Assembly (NCBI RefSeq): GCF_006345805.1
Contig: NW_021829853.1
Location: forward strand, 62,001-126,000
Reading direction: 5' to 3'
Origin: Octopus sinensis
Taxonomy: Eukaryota
DNA: 64,000 nucleotides
Positions 14,483-28,605 of the stretch are shown here, in pieces (within the stretch, counting starts at the first letter, position 1; every line of letters begins with the position of its first letter). The notes beneath the pieces are model-generated. The model was given only the letters and a program-made list of their open reading frames with translations, did no database searches and was not told where the DNA came from. The translations under genes and the position numbers were made by a program.

Positions 14483-14528
14483 TTGGGGAAATTTCGAACC
14501 TGGGTTCTCATTCCTAAGGTATTTTTCG

Positions 14529-14670
<142 letters not shown>

Positions 14671-15169
14671 TCACTGCTTGGAATCAAACTCGGAATCTTG
14701 GGGTTAGTAGCCCGCGCTCTTAACCACTACGCCATATGCCCGTGGGCTGGAGGGTATATCAGCCGAAACGTCTTAACAACGAATAAGATGAGGACAAATA
14801 TCCGTCAAATGTAAATAATGCAATAAAAACATGTTCTTAATATTTTTTGCTCGAAGACCGGAATGGCTAGAAACGGCTGACGTCATCAATCCCTGACAAA
14901 ATCCTGTTTTCGCGTTTATTGTTGTGTAAGTCTGGGCGCAGTGATTCACGTTCAATTCTTGTGCGGGGAATTGGTTGTACGGGCCTTCGCTAATATTCCT
15001 GTTACGAATTTTTGTCCTCTAAGTCAAACCATGAGGATAAGGAGAGGAAGGATGAAAGGGTGGAGATTGCCCTCCTCCCCACAAGAAGGACCAAATATCC
15101 ACCGTTCAACCTGGTCCCTTTGACTTTCAAAAGAAAAAAATAAAGCAAAAACAGGTGTCAAATATACTT

Positions 15170-15327
15170 GAGTGACTGTGTGGTAAGTAGCTTGCTTACT
15201 AACCACATGGTTCCGGGTTCAGTCCCACTGCATGGCACCTTGGGCAAGTGTCTTCTACTATAGCTTCGGTCCGACCAAAGCCTTGTGAGTGGATTTGGTA
15301 GACGGAAACTGAAAGAAGCGTGTCGTA

Positions 15328-15388
<61 letters not shown>

Positions 15389-15610
15389 TATATATATATT
15401 ATGTATGTATGTGTGTGTGTGTGTGTTTGTCCCCCAACATCGCTTGACAACTAGTGCTGGTGTGTTTACGTCCCCGTAACTTAGCGGTTCGGCAAAAGAG
15501 ACCGATATAATAAGTACTAGGCTTACAAAGAATAAGTCCTGGGATCAATTTGCTCGACTAAAAGGCGGTGCTCCAACATGGCCGCAGTCAAATGTAAAAG
15601 AGTAAAGAGT
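15170..15610 (+). mobile_element. tRNA-derived SINE family B with internal (TA)n(TG)n. Other copies ~3960-4240, 20230-20390, 22487-22640, 31765-32160, 33340-33740, 33765-34050, 39555-39700, 39973-40352, 52475-52835, 62500-62670
   Basis: tggctgtgtggtaag / ggttcagtccc boxes, ccttgggcaagtgtc core, and a conserved 3' half ending gcagtcaaatgactgaaacaagtaaaagag. Confidence 0.85.
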
Positions 15611-15861
15611 AATTAGGAATAAAAGAAAAATAAGTGCTGGATACAATGTCTGGAAAGAGACGAGATAGTCGCGACTGGAACGCGTTTGACCATACATCTG
15701 CTCGAGCATGGTGGACTGGGTGGGTGGGGTACCAAACAACAACAACAACAACAATAAACGTCCAAAAAAGTTTCATAAAAACGTGAGATTTTTTGTCTAG
15801 TTTTACGGCAGCAATGAACAGATTCCAAAATGTTTTTTGTCAATTGGAAAATAATTCTTCG

Positions 15862-15901
<40 letters not shown>

Positions 15902-16054
15902 TGTGTGTATGTGTGTGTGTGTGTGAGGCGGGGGGTTATTGCTTTTGCTTGTTTTGTTTGTTGTTGTTATTAATCTAATTCGGTCATTCGGTGCTTTTCA
16001 CATCGACGCCCCCACCCACCCACCCACCCACCGTTGATGTTGAGTTGTAGAACC

Positions 16055-16183
16055 AAGCAACAGCAACAGCAGCAGCAGCAACAGCAGCAGCAGCAACAGA
16101 AACAGCAGCAGTGGTAACTGAAGGAACGACAGCTTATAAGTCAACATCATCATCATAGTCATAGTCGTCGTCATCATCATCAT

Positions 16184-16215
<32 letters not shown>

Positions 16216-16231
16216 ACAGCAGCAGCAGTAA

Positions 16232-16264
<33 letters not shown>

Positions 16265-16395
16265 AAGCAATAACAAACATCACAATCTTCATTATCATCA
16301 CCACCGTCATCATCATCATCATCATCATCACCACCACCACGACCACCACCATCGTCGTCGTCGTTATCATCATCATCATCGTCATCATCATCATT
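16055..16395. repeat. Compound trinucleotide microsatellite (CAG/CAA/CAT/CAC), representative of dozens of SSRs in the window
   Basis: Direct inspection. Other major SSRs: (TGG)n 2755-2846, (TA)n 1737-1834, 30365-30522 and 32701-32886, (TCTA)n 25251-25439, (TTA)n 13967-14117. Confidence 0.95.
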
Positions 16396-16979
16396 CTATT
16401 TCCGTTTTTCTGTTGACAAATTATTTGAGGTCACCCAGTGCTAAATCTTCCATTATTCCTGAAAAGTGAAGGGACCCTGTTGTTGTTGTTGCTGCTGCTG
16501 CTGTTCTTCTTTAACCCTAAGTCGGTTGATTGAGTAGGACTTATACAACCAATGTGCTTTCCAGCCATGATCATCGCCACTTACAAGAGGTGTGTAGGGC
16601 CAAATACTTTTTGTCCTTATATGAGACAATAGGATGTAGTTTTAGTGAGATTTCGTTGCTATTTCTAGCAGTTTGAGCGACTGTGTTGAGCAATCATGGC
16701 CAAAGGCCTGGCGAAAACTTACCTGGAGTTTCTTTTCTAGTGCGACCCGTTTGATGATGAGTCACATGTCTCATGTGACCCGTGCCTGATATGGCTCTCC
16801 TAGTTTCATGATCATGGTGGTGGTGGTGGTGGTGGCGGTGGTGGCGGTGGTGGCGGTGGTGGCGGTGGTTGCGGTGGCGGCTGCGGCGGTGGCGGTGGTG
16901 GTGGTTGTGGTGGCGGCTGCGGCGGTGGTGGCGGCTGCGGCGGTGGTGGCAGCGGCGGTGGTGCTGGTGGTGGAGTTGT

Positions 16980-17310
16980 TGACGCGTGGTTTGGTAGTTT
17001 GGGTCATTCGACTCACAGTCGTAAGGTGGTGAGTTCGATTCCCGCCAGCTCGCTGTGTCCTTCAGCAGGACACTTCACTTCACATTGTTCCAATTCACTC
17101 AGTCCCCACAGCTGGCAAAAATGAGCTCTAACTGTATTTGAAAGGGGTCAGTATTGTCACACTTTGCGTCACGCTGAATCTCCCTGAGAACTACGTTAAG
17201 AGTACACGTGTCTGCGGAGTGCTCAGCCACTTGCACGTAATTTGACGAGCAGGCTGTTCCGTCGATCGGATCAACTGGAGCCCTCATCGTCGTAAACGAC
17301 GGAGCCCCCA
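16980..17310 (+). mobile_element. tRNA-derived SINE family D (second copy ~27510-27875, -)
   Basis: gagttcgattccc B box, CORE-like tgtgtccttcagcaggacactt motif, and a body shared with the 27.5-kb copy. Confidence 0.65.
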
Positions 17311-17947
17311 CCAGAGGTGGCGGTGGGGGGAGACTTGACTATTCAGTCCTGTTCCGTAAGTCTGACCGTCATTCTCTGTCCGGCCGCTCCAAGACATACG
17401 CAGCCCTCATAAGCAAAACGAATCATACTGAGAGCATCTTTCTTGAGGCTTTTTGCTATCAGGAGGGAAGGACAATACCCATGAGCCCTTACAGGTAGGA
17501 AGGAGCAAGGGGAAAGAAAAATATCCTCGAACCAGAGAAGTGGGGCGAATGCTTGCGACGGTGTGAACTCCACTCGAGGTACCCAAGGATCAGGTGGAGA
17601 CGGTAAACTGGGCGACGGATTAACTCTAACAACCCCCAGAAAGGTACAGCAGGATTTGAACTCACAGCGCAAAGGAACAGAACAAAGCATCTGGGCCGAC
17701 AGACAACCACTCTTCATCGGTACTTCATTGGTACTTTATTTATCGATTCGGAAAGATGAAGGGATATTTCACTGCAGCCAGTTTTGAAGCCGGAATAAAT
17801 ACGGCAAGTAGTTTTATCCGATGCTCGAACGACTCTTGCTAATATGCCTTTGAGTTGTCTCCACCTGTTTGACTGTGGATAATCCATAGATTTAGGATCA
17901 TTGTTTCATTTGCTTATCTTCCTTTTGATCTCAACCATAAGAAAGAG

Positions 17948-18034
17948 TCAGCCATTAAGCCGGATCAGCCAACCATTAGCCGGATCAGCCAACCATTAGC
18001 CGGATCAGCCAAGCATTAGCCGGATCGGTCAACC
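17948..18034. repeat. 21-bp minisatellite, ~4 copies
   Basis: (ccattagccggatcagccaa-) repeated in tandem. Confidence 0.85.
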
Positions 18035-18779
18035 TGTTCTAGTCCCTGGCTTTGTCAATGTAAACCACGCTGTTCCAAAGAGAACCAAGCATTCATTTCA
18101 GATGTTACTCCTCCTCCTCCATATTTGCCAGAATCTAACCTGGATCAGACTAGAATACTTTAAGGTAGTTGCCCGGATTCAAAATCCCTTTTCCTTTACG
18201 CCAGTGACTGTACGTTCGTACAAAACTGTACGTTTTGGCCAAAGTGTTGATGTGCTGTACGTTCAGGCGAATTTGCTGAAAGTTTTAGTGATCTTGCCAT
18301 TGGTTTTTTTTTTTTTTTTAATTCGGGTTTTGGAGCATTGATTGATTGATTTTTCACACATGCATGTTTGTGAGCTTAATAAAAATAAAAGTACGTCCGG
18401 TCTGCTTTCGCAAACGCGTCTGCATGCACGCACGCGTTGACTAATGAGGTCAAGGGCGTCTGTAATTTTGGGTGAACGTATATACGTCCTGTTTACCACA
18501 CCATAGCTGTCATAACACAAGAAGTTTTCTCACAGACTGTAGGTACGTGATTGTTTTTTTAAAAGTTTGATAAATCAGACTCAATTTCACAGTGCCTATT
18601 TATACAATCTCACCGTATCAGTCTGAACACAAACACAGATTTCTTAACCCGGATTTGAAACGGTATGTAATGTGTTTAATAACTTGATTAATTCAAATAA
18701 ATCTTACAGAACTATAACTGGAGCAAGATATAAGTGAAAGAACTTTGAAACAGAACATTCCTCAGATAATGGACGTGAA

Positions 18780-19190
18780 GCACCAGATAAGAAGACGGCT
18801 AGATGGGCATCGTATGAAACTTCCGTAAAAATTGTTGTGCAATGAAAATTTTTTAGTTGGTTGGAGCGAGGCAAGAACGATAGAGCTAAAGGCAAATGCA
18901 TATTATGCAAGTGTGAAATGAGCAGACAGAGAAACATCACAAGTATGTAAATGAAGCAAATAAAGCAGAAAAGCTTCCCAATTATTTTGAGGCGGCATCG
19001 TTTTCTTCACATTCCAAGAAAGTAGCAGCTGCTGAATTAAAATACAGTGCATTTGTTGCTGAGCAAAATCTCCCCATTTCTGTTTTTGGACCACTTACCC
19101 TGCCTTGTTGCAAACGCCTGTCCTGATTCTAAAATCGCCCAGGATGCAAAGTGTGCCCGAACGAAAGGTACATACATCTTTCTTAAAGCC
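18780..19190 (+). pseudogene. hAT-superfamily transposase fragment
   Basis: FSWLE...AKGKCILCK (BED-like) and AAELKYSAFVAEQNLPISV/DHL...PDSKIAQDAKCARTKGTYI, with frameshifts. Confidence 0.65.
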
Positions 19191-19251
19191 ATTGGTTTCT
19201 GGAGTAAACAACGAAGTAGGAAAGCTGAACGTTCTAATGGAGGTAGTTTGA

Positions 19252-19379
19252 GAAACGGAGGAGATGGATAAAACGGCTTATGGGAGGAAATGTAACGGAG
19301 GAGGAGATGGATAAAACGGCTTATGTGAGGAAATGTAACGGAGGACATGGATAAAACGGCTTATGGGAGGAAATGTAAC
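19252..19379. repeat. ~40-43-bp minisatellite, 3 copies
   Basis: aacggagg..atggataaaacggcttatgggaggaaatgt repeated. Confidence 0.85.
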
Positions 19380-19656
19380 ATTGTAAAATAATTCACTAAC
19401 CTTAAACTTTGTTTTTCTCCTTTATTCTCTTTTCAATACTTTGCTCGCCCATTTTCTCTCTATCTCTCTTTACCTCTATCTCTATCTCTTTCTCACACAC
19501 ACACTCACAGACCTTGTCTTCGTCTACCAAAACTGAGAAAACACAGTTGAATGTGTTTACTTACAAATCGTCCGCGTCATTTAATCGTGCAAAATTAATG
19601 TCTCCTCCATCTCAGGTAATTCTGTTTTTTATGAATCAAATTCTCCAAAGTTTAAT

Positions 19657-19755
<99 letters not shown>

Positions 19756-20950
19756 CACGTATACACGCATACACGCACATACACACACACACACACACAC
19801 ACGCACACACATACAAATAAACATACATATATACATATAAACTTCATTAATATAACATACTGAATGTATGTGTATCTTTGAAAGGCCGGAAGCTGCAGTT
19901 TTTCGTCCTGGGAAAACCATTTTATAGACTTATTGTACCGAAAACAACATACTTCGGAGCCAGGCGAGGCACAATCACGCCGGAAGCAACAACAAGAGTG
20001 ACAGACGCGCATTTCACCTTTGATGCGGTTTGTCAATGTCACGTACTCGTCTCACTTCCGAAACGAAATTGAATCAGCCAGTCTGAAGTACACAGAAATA
20101 GCGTACAAACTATACACTTGTTAGCAAAGGCAAACAATACGTCGATAAAGGCATTTTCCCCCGGCCAAAAACCACAGCGGATAGTTTTTCAACGACACAC
20201 GTACATAATGTATGTTAGATTGATATTATTCTTTTATTCTTTTACTTGTTTCAGTCATTTGACTGCGGCCATGCTGAAGCACCAGCTTTTAGTCGAGCAA
20301 ATCGACCCCAGGACTTATTCTTTGTAAGCCTAGTACTTATTCTATCGGTCACTTTTGCCGGAACCATGTGGTTGGTAAGCAAGCTACTTTATTTTATTTT
20401 ATCTAATTTGCAACAGGGGCATTACACATATGTAGCTTTGCGGGCTGGACATAGACATTAATGGTATGAATGATGGTGATGGAACGAAGATGATGATGGG
20501 AGAAGACGAAAGCGCCCGCCGACTTCCGCTTCTCTAAAACAATGTTCTTTTTTCAACAAATCATAATGAGACAATAAACCTCTTACAATGTTCTTTTAAA
20601 ATATACAGAAGTTCAGGTTTCAATATGATACAATGTTCCTTCAAAAAAGCTACTTACCACACAGCCACACCTGCATTATTGATAAAGATTTTTACTAAAA
20701 AATTGCCGTTGTTGCTTAATTCGAATAATATACGTACATACATACATACATACATACATACATACATACATACATACATACAAAAATATCCTGTTGTTGA
20801 TGTTGAAATTCCAATGAAGGAACCTTGGATCTAGGTTAGAAACCGGCTCTTTCTCTATTGGCAAGAAATCTTGAAATAAAACTGAATAATGACAAACATA
20901 CATACATACATACATACATACATACATACATACATACATACATACATGTG

Positions 20951-20998
<48 letters not shown>

Positions 20999-22192
20999 GT
21001 TTATATATATGTGTGTGTATATATAAATGTGTGTGTAAATATAGTTGGCGAACCGCTAGGTTATTTTGTCGATCGTCTTTAGTGAACCGCTAAGTCATTT
21101 TATCGAACTCTTTGGCGGACAGCTAGATTATTTCATCGATTTCGATTGGCGAACCGCTAAGTTATTTTATCGATGAGCTTTGGCGAACCGGTAACTGGTA
21201 CTTATTTAATTGACCCCGAAAGGATGAAAGGCAAAGTCGACCTCGGCGGAATTTGAACTCAGAACGTAACAGCAGACGAAATACGGCTACGCATTTCGCC
21301 CGGTGTGCTAACGTTTCTGCCAGCTCACCTCCTTTGCAACTGACAAATGTTGAGAAAGTCAAGGGAGGGAACTGCGTCAGGTTCGTTTTTCTTCATTCCC
21401 TTACTCTCCTCTTTTCAATTTGTGCACTCCAGTCACAGACACACACGTGTTTAACATACACAAACAGAGATGGAGAAAGATTAAGATAGACATGGAGAGA
21501 AAGAGAGATAATGATGCAAATAAACAGATAAAACCGCTCGAGTTAGAGATATAAAATATACTTGCATACATGTAAATAGAGAGAAAACGAAGGCTGAAAA
21601 TATTCAGGCAATGAACGTTAATATTATTAACATTGCAGACTTACACAGAGAACAAAGATACAGAAAGTTAAGGGGACAAAGTAAGGTGTTGCAGGGTGGA
21701 TCTCTTCCTCTCCCCTTAATTTCCTGTGTCTCTGTATTTCGTTTAAATCTACTCTGTTAATATATAAATATCTCTATATTTATACATGAATCTTCGTTGT
21801 CTGAATATTTTCAGCCTCTATTTACAATGTACAAAAGCATATTTTATATCTGTAGCCCAAGCAGTTTTCTTTGTTTATTTACATCATTGTTTCCATATCT
21901 GTTCCCCCTTGCTTTCCTCTTGTAGCCATTCTTTACCCAACGGACTTGGTCCTCGGTAACCAAGTCTAAGTTCAAATCCTTTCACTGCTACGCAATGTTT
22001 TCTACATTGAGCATCTCTGGATCTCACATCTTGACTCTCCCTCCCTCCCTCTCTCCTTCTCTCTCCTTCTCTCTCCCTCTCTCTCTCCTTCTCTCTCCCT
22101 CCCTCTCTCCTTCTCTCTCCCTCTCTCTCTCCTTCTCTCTCCCTCCCTCTCTCCTTCTCTCTCTCTCTCACTCTCTGTCTCTCTCTCATATA

Positions 22193-22233
<41 letters not shown>

Positions 22234-22295
22234 TATATATGATAGATCGTTAGCCACTGCACACATTTTTTTCTCTCCTTGTTTTTTCTGTGTAC

Positions 22296-22331
22296 CTTTC
22301 TGTTGAAGAGCGTAAGCTCGAAACGTAAAAG
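22296..22331 (+). ncRNA. Minimal hammerhead motif, variant core CTGTTGA
   Basis: cttt-CTGTTGA-a-gagc gtaa gctc-GAAA-cg-ta-aaag. Confidence 0.55.
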
Positions 22332-22418
22332 ACTTTTTCTATTCGTGAGCGCTATACTAATACATCTGTTTGTTTTGTACACCACCTGTCTTCGTCTTTT
22401 GTTTTTTTCGTAAACTTT

Positions 22419-22475
<57 letters not shown>

Positions 22476-23109
22476 AAACGAGCTAGGGGTGGCTGTGTGG
22501 TAAGAAGCTTGCTTCCCAATTACATGGTTCCGGGTTCAGTCCCACTGCGTCGCACCTTGGCCAAGTGTCTTCTACTATAGCCTCGGGCCGACCAAATACT
22601 TGTGGGTGAATTTGGTAGATGGAAAATGAAAGAAGCCTGTGTGTGTGTGTGTGTGTGTGTGTACACCTGACATGTGTGCGTGAGAGAGAAAGAGAAAGAG
22701 AGAAATCGTGTTAAACAGCAGTTTATATTCATCAGTTCCCTACATACGTTTCACCCTTGTGGTTGTTTGCAACTCTGTATTGGCTGTTTCAAGAGCAATC
22801 GGATGCTAAACCAGAATGGGTCATTAGGGCAACACTTTGTTGGATTAAAGTTGGACAGGCGAGAAGACTTTTTATATGAATATATTGAAAGGGGAACAGA
22901 TCGAAAGTGAACGACATAGATAAATAGAAAGAGAGGGGGGAGAGATGAAAGGAGATGAAGGAAGAGAGAGAAATGAGAGAGAAGTCAGCAGTTTGAATAA
23001 AGAGGGGGAAGAAATGAAACGAAAATGCAGCAAAAGGGAGAAATAGGGCAAAACATATATAAAAATATGGAAATAAAAAAGGAAATTTGGGGAAAATTAA
23101 GTGAAAATT

Positions 23110-23449
23110 TGTGAGGTATATTTGCCATCTCAATATGGCTAACCACTAAGGGTGGTTGTTACTGTAGCTTGTAGCCCCGGGAGAACATCTCCAGCTGGCT
23201 TTAGGCACACTTTCGATGAAAACGGTCCCGATGCAAATACTTATATAATTTTTCCAGTAACTTTTCGTCACTGATCTCGAAAAACTGTATGCAAGCAATA
23301 ATAAATCTCTGAACGAGGTATAAACAGTAACTGCACGACAATGTGAGGTATATTTGCCATCTCAATATGGCTAACCACTAAGGGTGGGTGTTACTGTAGC
23401 TTGTAGCCCCAGGAGAACATCTCCTCCAGCTGGCTTTAGGCACACTTTC
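23110..23449. repeat. ~105-bp direct repeat pair (23110-23214, 23342-23449), LTR/TRIM-like
   Basis: tgtgaggtatatttgccatctc...ggcacactttc occurs twice with a ~127-nt spacer; shares tagcccc.ggaga.cat..ctccagctggct with the 55.5-kb repeat. Confidence 0.75.
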
Positions 23450-23524
23450 TGTGCGCTTAAGGTATTTGTAAAGGGAGAGTGAAAATTGATGAAATATAAA
23501 TAAATACATAGATAAACACATATT

Positions 23525-23560
<36 letters not shown>

Positions 23561-23579
23561 TGAAAAGCAAGTTGAAATG

Positions 23580-23630
<51 letters not shown>

Positions 23631-24024
23631 AAAGAAACTATGGTCAATAGAAGAAAAGAGAGAGAAAGAGAGAGGTGAGGGGTGGGAGAGGAGGGATACA
23701 CTGAAGAATGCGAGTGTTTTTTGTAATGGAGGATTTCGCTGTTATTACAATGAGAAATCATAAATCAAACATTTTTTGGCAACCCCAAATATCTGTTGAT
23801 TACTTTCTGCAAAATCAGGATCGAGTGAGTGAACAACACTCGCTCAAAAAACATGAACGATAACATAAAGAAGGTATCTCACTTCTTCCTATTGTACAAC
23901 CATAAGTTCGGGAACGAAATATGCTTTGGAATGGGAAACCTAGATCCGAACTTTTTAAAAAGCAAGGTTGATTTTATTTTTTTTCAATCTTAATATCGGA
24001 ACAAAAATATGTATAGTAAAAACT

Positions 24025-24059
<35 letters not shown>

Positions 24060-24315
24060 GGTCGTCGTCATCATCATCATTATCATCATCATCATCAGTA
24101 TTGAGTGAGAGAGCAGTTCGTGCCATCAAAGTGACACTGGGGTAAAATATACGAATCCCAGTATGCCCATCATGGCTACCCGTCTGATAAGGGTACACCA
24201 GGCACATGCATCAGAACCATATGTGCGCGACATAGTGATCTCATATCAAGATAAACAGTGCATGACCTTGCAGGTGGGGCCCAGTTAGAATTTTCTTCTG
24301 GTCGAGTAACCCATC

Positions 24316-24360
<45 letters not shown>

Positions 24361-24410
24361 CATCATTATTATTATCATCATTATTATTATCATCATTATT
24401 ATTATTATTA

Positions 24411-24453
<43 letters not shown>

Positions 24454-24854
24454 TTTATTAAAGTGGCGAGCTGGCAGAATCGTTAACACGCCGGGCGAAA
24501 TGCTTAGCAGTATTTCGTCTGTCGCTAGGTTCTGAGTTCAAATTCCGCCGAGGTCGACTCTGCCAGTTATCCTTTCGGGTTCGATAAATTAAGTACCAGT
24601 GAAACATTGGGGATTGATATAATCGACTTACCCCCACCCGCCAAATTTCAGGCCTTGTGCCTTTACCAGACAGGGCTATTATATTTCTACATCAACCAAA
24701 TCAGATAAATTTAGTAATGTTTTAAAACAGTCCAAAAATGTTTCTACGCTCATTCGTTTCGGCGACGAAGTTTTTCCGAAGGACGTTCACAGTTTTCATT
24801 TGACCCACCAATATTTTAGAGGATGCGCTTGCGTCCTCTGTTCCCTTGCCAATG

Positions 24855-25090
24855 GCCGCAAAACAAAGGAAGCAATGGTTTGAAGATAAAAACTGTAGGA
24901 GGAGATCAAAGTTCAGTCAATTTGATATTGTGAATATTTTCTCCATCTACATTGAGTAACTTGTCATACAGAGGAAACAGCTATGCTGGAAACTGTACAG
25001 ACATGAGTGAGAGTGACATAAGCATTATCATGTACGCCAAGAAACATCAGTTTTTCGATGAAGGTTCGATCTGCACCAAACGAACTTTCC
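24855..25090 (+). pseudogene. Penelope-like element reverse transcriptase relic
   Basis: QW..., WFED, QFDIVN..PS, DISIIMYAKKH.FFD resemble the PLE RT segment QFDIV.FYPSI...DIIMHARKSLLF; recognised by eye only. Confidence 0.45.
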
Positions 25091-25250
25091 TAGAAGGTTC
25101 TTCCAACGTGACATCTCTCCTTCTTCCGCCACCTTACCCTTCATTTATCATAAAAGGTTTGTCTACCAACATCCAACACTTACATCAACACATATAGACA
25201 TACCCGCACAAGCTCGCTGTCAACCCACAAACACCTTTCTCCTTCCTCCC

Positions 25251-25321
<71 letters not shown>

Positions 25322-25356
25322 GTCTGTCTATCTATCTATCTATCTATCTATCTGAG

Positions 25357-25440
<84 letters not shown>

Positions 25441-26082
25441 CATCGGTGTCTCACCCTTATTCCTTATCCCTTCACCTTCCACCTTCCCCCCATACATACA
25501 TACAACTAAATGAAAGACAGTTTCCATTTCAAAGCAACCCGCGATGATGGAAACTATCTTAAAAGGCGGTCTAAGGGAAATAACTCTACAGGGACTAAAC
25601 GCAAACTTATTTCTGCTTTACAACAAACAGATTTTGTAAACTGTTTAACGGATTTCTTTTTTTAAACCTCGAATAAAGGAATCGAAGCGATACATTTCCA
25701 GCCATCCATGTCTGACAAACGTTTAATTATTTTTCCGTTTTGAAAAACATTATCTTTTAACGAAACCATTCGTTAATGTTCCCTGTTTGGCAGTTTACTG
25801 ATATAATGGTCTACAATTAATGCAACCATTCTGTAGTTGGTATATACGTTTCGTCTGCCGCTACGGTCTGAGTTCAAATTCCGCCGAGGTCGACTTTGCC
25901 TTTCATCCTTTCGGGGTCGATAAATTAAGTACCAGTTGCGTACTGGGGTCGATATAATCGACTTAATCCGTTTGTCTCTCCTTGTTCGTCCCCTCTGTGT
26001 TTAGCCGCTTGTGGGTAGTAAAGAAATAGGTATATACGAGAGTGTTCATTTTCTGGCAAGAGAAACCTCCCCGGACAGTTAT

Positions 26083-26750
26083 AGGTGACGCTGGACGACA
26101 GTCACCTCCCCCCACACCACCCGCCTCTCCCCACCCCACCCGCCTCCCAAAACCCCGAGCTTTCGGATTTTTTTATTTTCTCAGCGGATTCCTACGTTTC
26201 CGATGACGGACATTCCGAATATGCAAAAAAATCACATTTTCAAAATTTTGAATTTAACCCCCACCCCACTCCCAACCCAACTTTTTTTAATTTAAAACTT
26301 TTTTCGAAATTTTTTTTTTTCAATCTACGTGGGAAAATACGGAGAGAAGCAAACACGATATTAAATAATTCTCCGTCATACGTCTACAAAAAACATACTT
26401 CCAAAATTGATCCACCCAGGGTATATAAATCATGCTGTTTCACTTGTTTCAGCCGTTCATTTTCGGGGAGCTGTACAGATTGTTGCGCACGCGCACCCTT
26501 TTTTGTGTAGGGATCAAATTTGAAGTTTTTCATATAAAATCTGAAATCAATTCTTTGTTAGCCATACTGTTAATCTCCGTATTTTACCACGTAGATTTAA
26601 AATAAAATTCGAAAAAAGTTTAAAATTTAAAATTTGGGGTAGGGAGAGGAATTTAAAATTTTGAAAACCTAGGAATCCGCTGAGAAAAAAAAATTTCCTA
26701 AAGCTCGGTTTTTGTGGCGGTGAGCGGGGGGGTGAGTGTCGAACAGCCCC
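26083..26750. mobile_element. Fold-back MITE with long imperfect terminal inverted repeats
   Basis: ccgagcttt..ttttctcagcggattccta..caaaattttgaatt..aacttttttcgaa is mirrored at 26605-26750. Confidence 0.7.
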
Positions 26751-28507
26751 CAGCCAGTTTTATTTATATACGTATGTATATGTCTATTTGTATGTCCTTG
26801 TTTTAGTTTTTTTCTGTTCTATCACTGTTTTGGTTTGTTTACATCTGCGTAACTTAGCGGTTCGACCCGAGTCATCGATAGAATAAGTAACTACTAAACT
26901 TTAAAACAAGAACTGAGATCTCCAGCGTGGCCACAGTCCAATGGGTGAAACAAGTAGAAGATAAAACGAAGTCGTTCACACACACAGACACATGTAAGCG
27001 TGTTTGTATGTGTGTCAATAACCTACTTGCTTTGACCGCCAACACCCTCCACTCCTCCAGTGGAGATAATAAACTCCTTCTCTCCACCCCTCATTAGCCC
27101 TCTACACACACACGTATCCGCCACCGTATGCCTACACGACCTCCATACGCTGTGACCTCGAAAACATTCTCCAATGGGGTCAACCGAATCTCGTATTCAA
27201 CAAAACACACAACCACTCGATTCACATTATCAGCAAAACATTATCGCACCCACCCCGTTCCTCTTCGTCCTAAACCTATTTCTTAATTACCCACAAGGGG
27301 CTAAACATAGAGGGGACAAACAACGACAGACATAGGTATTAAGTCGATTACATCGACCCCAGTGCGTAACTGGTACTTAATTTATCGACCCCGAAAGGAT
27401 GAAAGGTAAAGTCGACCTCGGCGGAATTTGAACTCACAACGTAACGGCAGACGAATACGGCTATGCATTTCGCCCGGCGCGCTAACGTTTCTGCCAGCCC
27501 CACTTCGATTCGTGTCGCTTCGTGCGCTGACTCACTATAAATGTATAAAGCTGGCTCTCCGTCGGTTACGACGACGACTGTTCCAGTTGACACGATCAAC
27601 GGAACAGATTGCTCGTGAAATTAACAAATTAACATACAAAATGGCCGAGTACTCCACAGACACACGTACCCATAACGTAGTTTTCAGGGAGATTCAGTGT
27701 GAAATAGAATGCGACAAGGTTGGCTCGTTCAATCACAGATACTACTCATTTTTTTTCCATTTGCATGCACTGGAGCAACATAAAATAAAGAGTCTTGCTC
27801 AAGAGCACAACGTGCCGCCGGGAATCGAACCATGACACCTTAAACTGAATATTGTAACCACTGAGCCATGTGCCACAGAAGACTCGAGTCAAATAAAACA
27901 GACTGCTCCAAATCCTTGTTACCATACTCACGTAAAAGGAATCGGGATAGGCTAATTTGTACTGGCATCAAGTCACATTGAAATGAATTACCTGAAGAAA
28001 ATCTTATGAAAGGGATAAATTCCCTATTATCTTATTACGTAAAGATTTAAAACGTACGTACTAAATGCTTTCGTAATATCAATACTTGGTTTAACTTCAA
28101 TAATATATATATATAGTACAAAGTAAGATAGGGGTTATGGAAGTAATCCACTATGGGATATCAATTATCCAATATACTGTTGGGGTTCTTTTAACATATA
28201 AGTATTATATTTTTTCAATGCCTACAACCCTAATATATTGACATCTATAGGCAATGTAAGTTGGATTCACTTTTGACCATAGGCTGAAACAGCTGTAAGA
28301 AGTAGTTTATGGATTTCAGTATTTTATAATATGACTTTTAAAATCTGTATTTGTATTATTATATTATCTATTAATTTATATAATATTTTGTATACTTTTG
28401 ATGTTCTCATTTGCAAAATGAATAAATAATATAACATTATAATATCCGTAAGTTGGTGAACAAACTGAATTTGTTTCTCCATTTTCTTATTTGTATTATA
28501 TATATAT

Positions 28508-28538
<31 letters not shown>

Positions 28539-28605
28539 TTCCGATGGATTTAAGATATTTTTGTTGAATATCCTAAGAAGAGAGTCGCCATATTCCATTC
28601 CTTTT

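Noticed and set aside
15998-17032. Poly-Q, poly-A and poly-T-like ORFs from CAG and GGT/GGC tracts
   Set aside because: Compound trinucleotide repeats with no flanking domain sequence or credible exon boundaries.
17948-19379. CRISPR-like arrays
   Set aside because: Tandem minisatellites without unique spacers, eukaryotic context, no cas genes.
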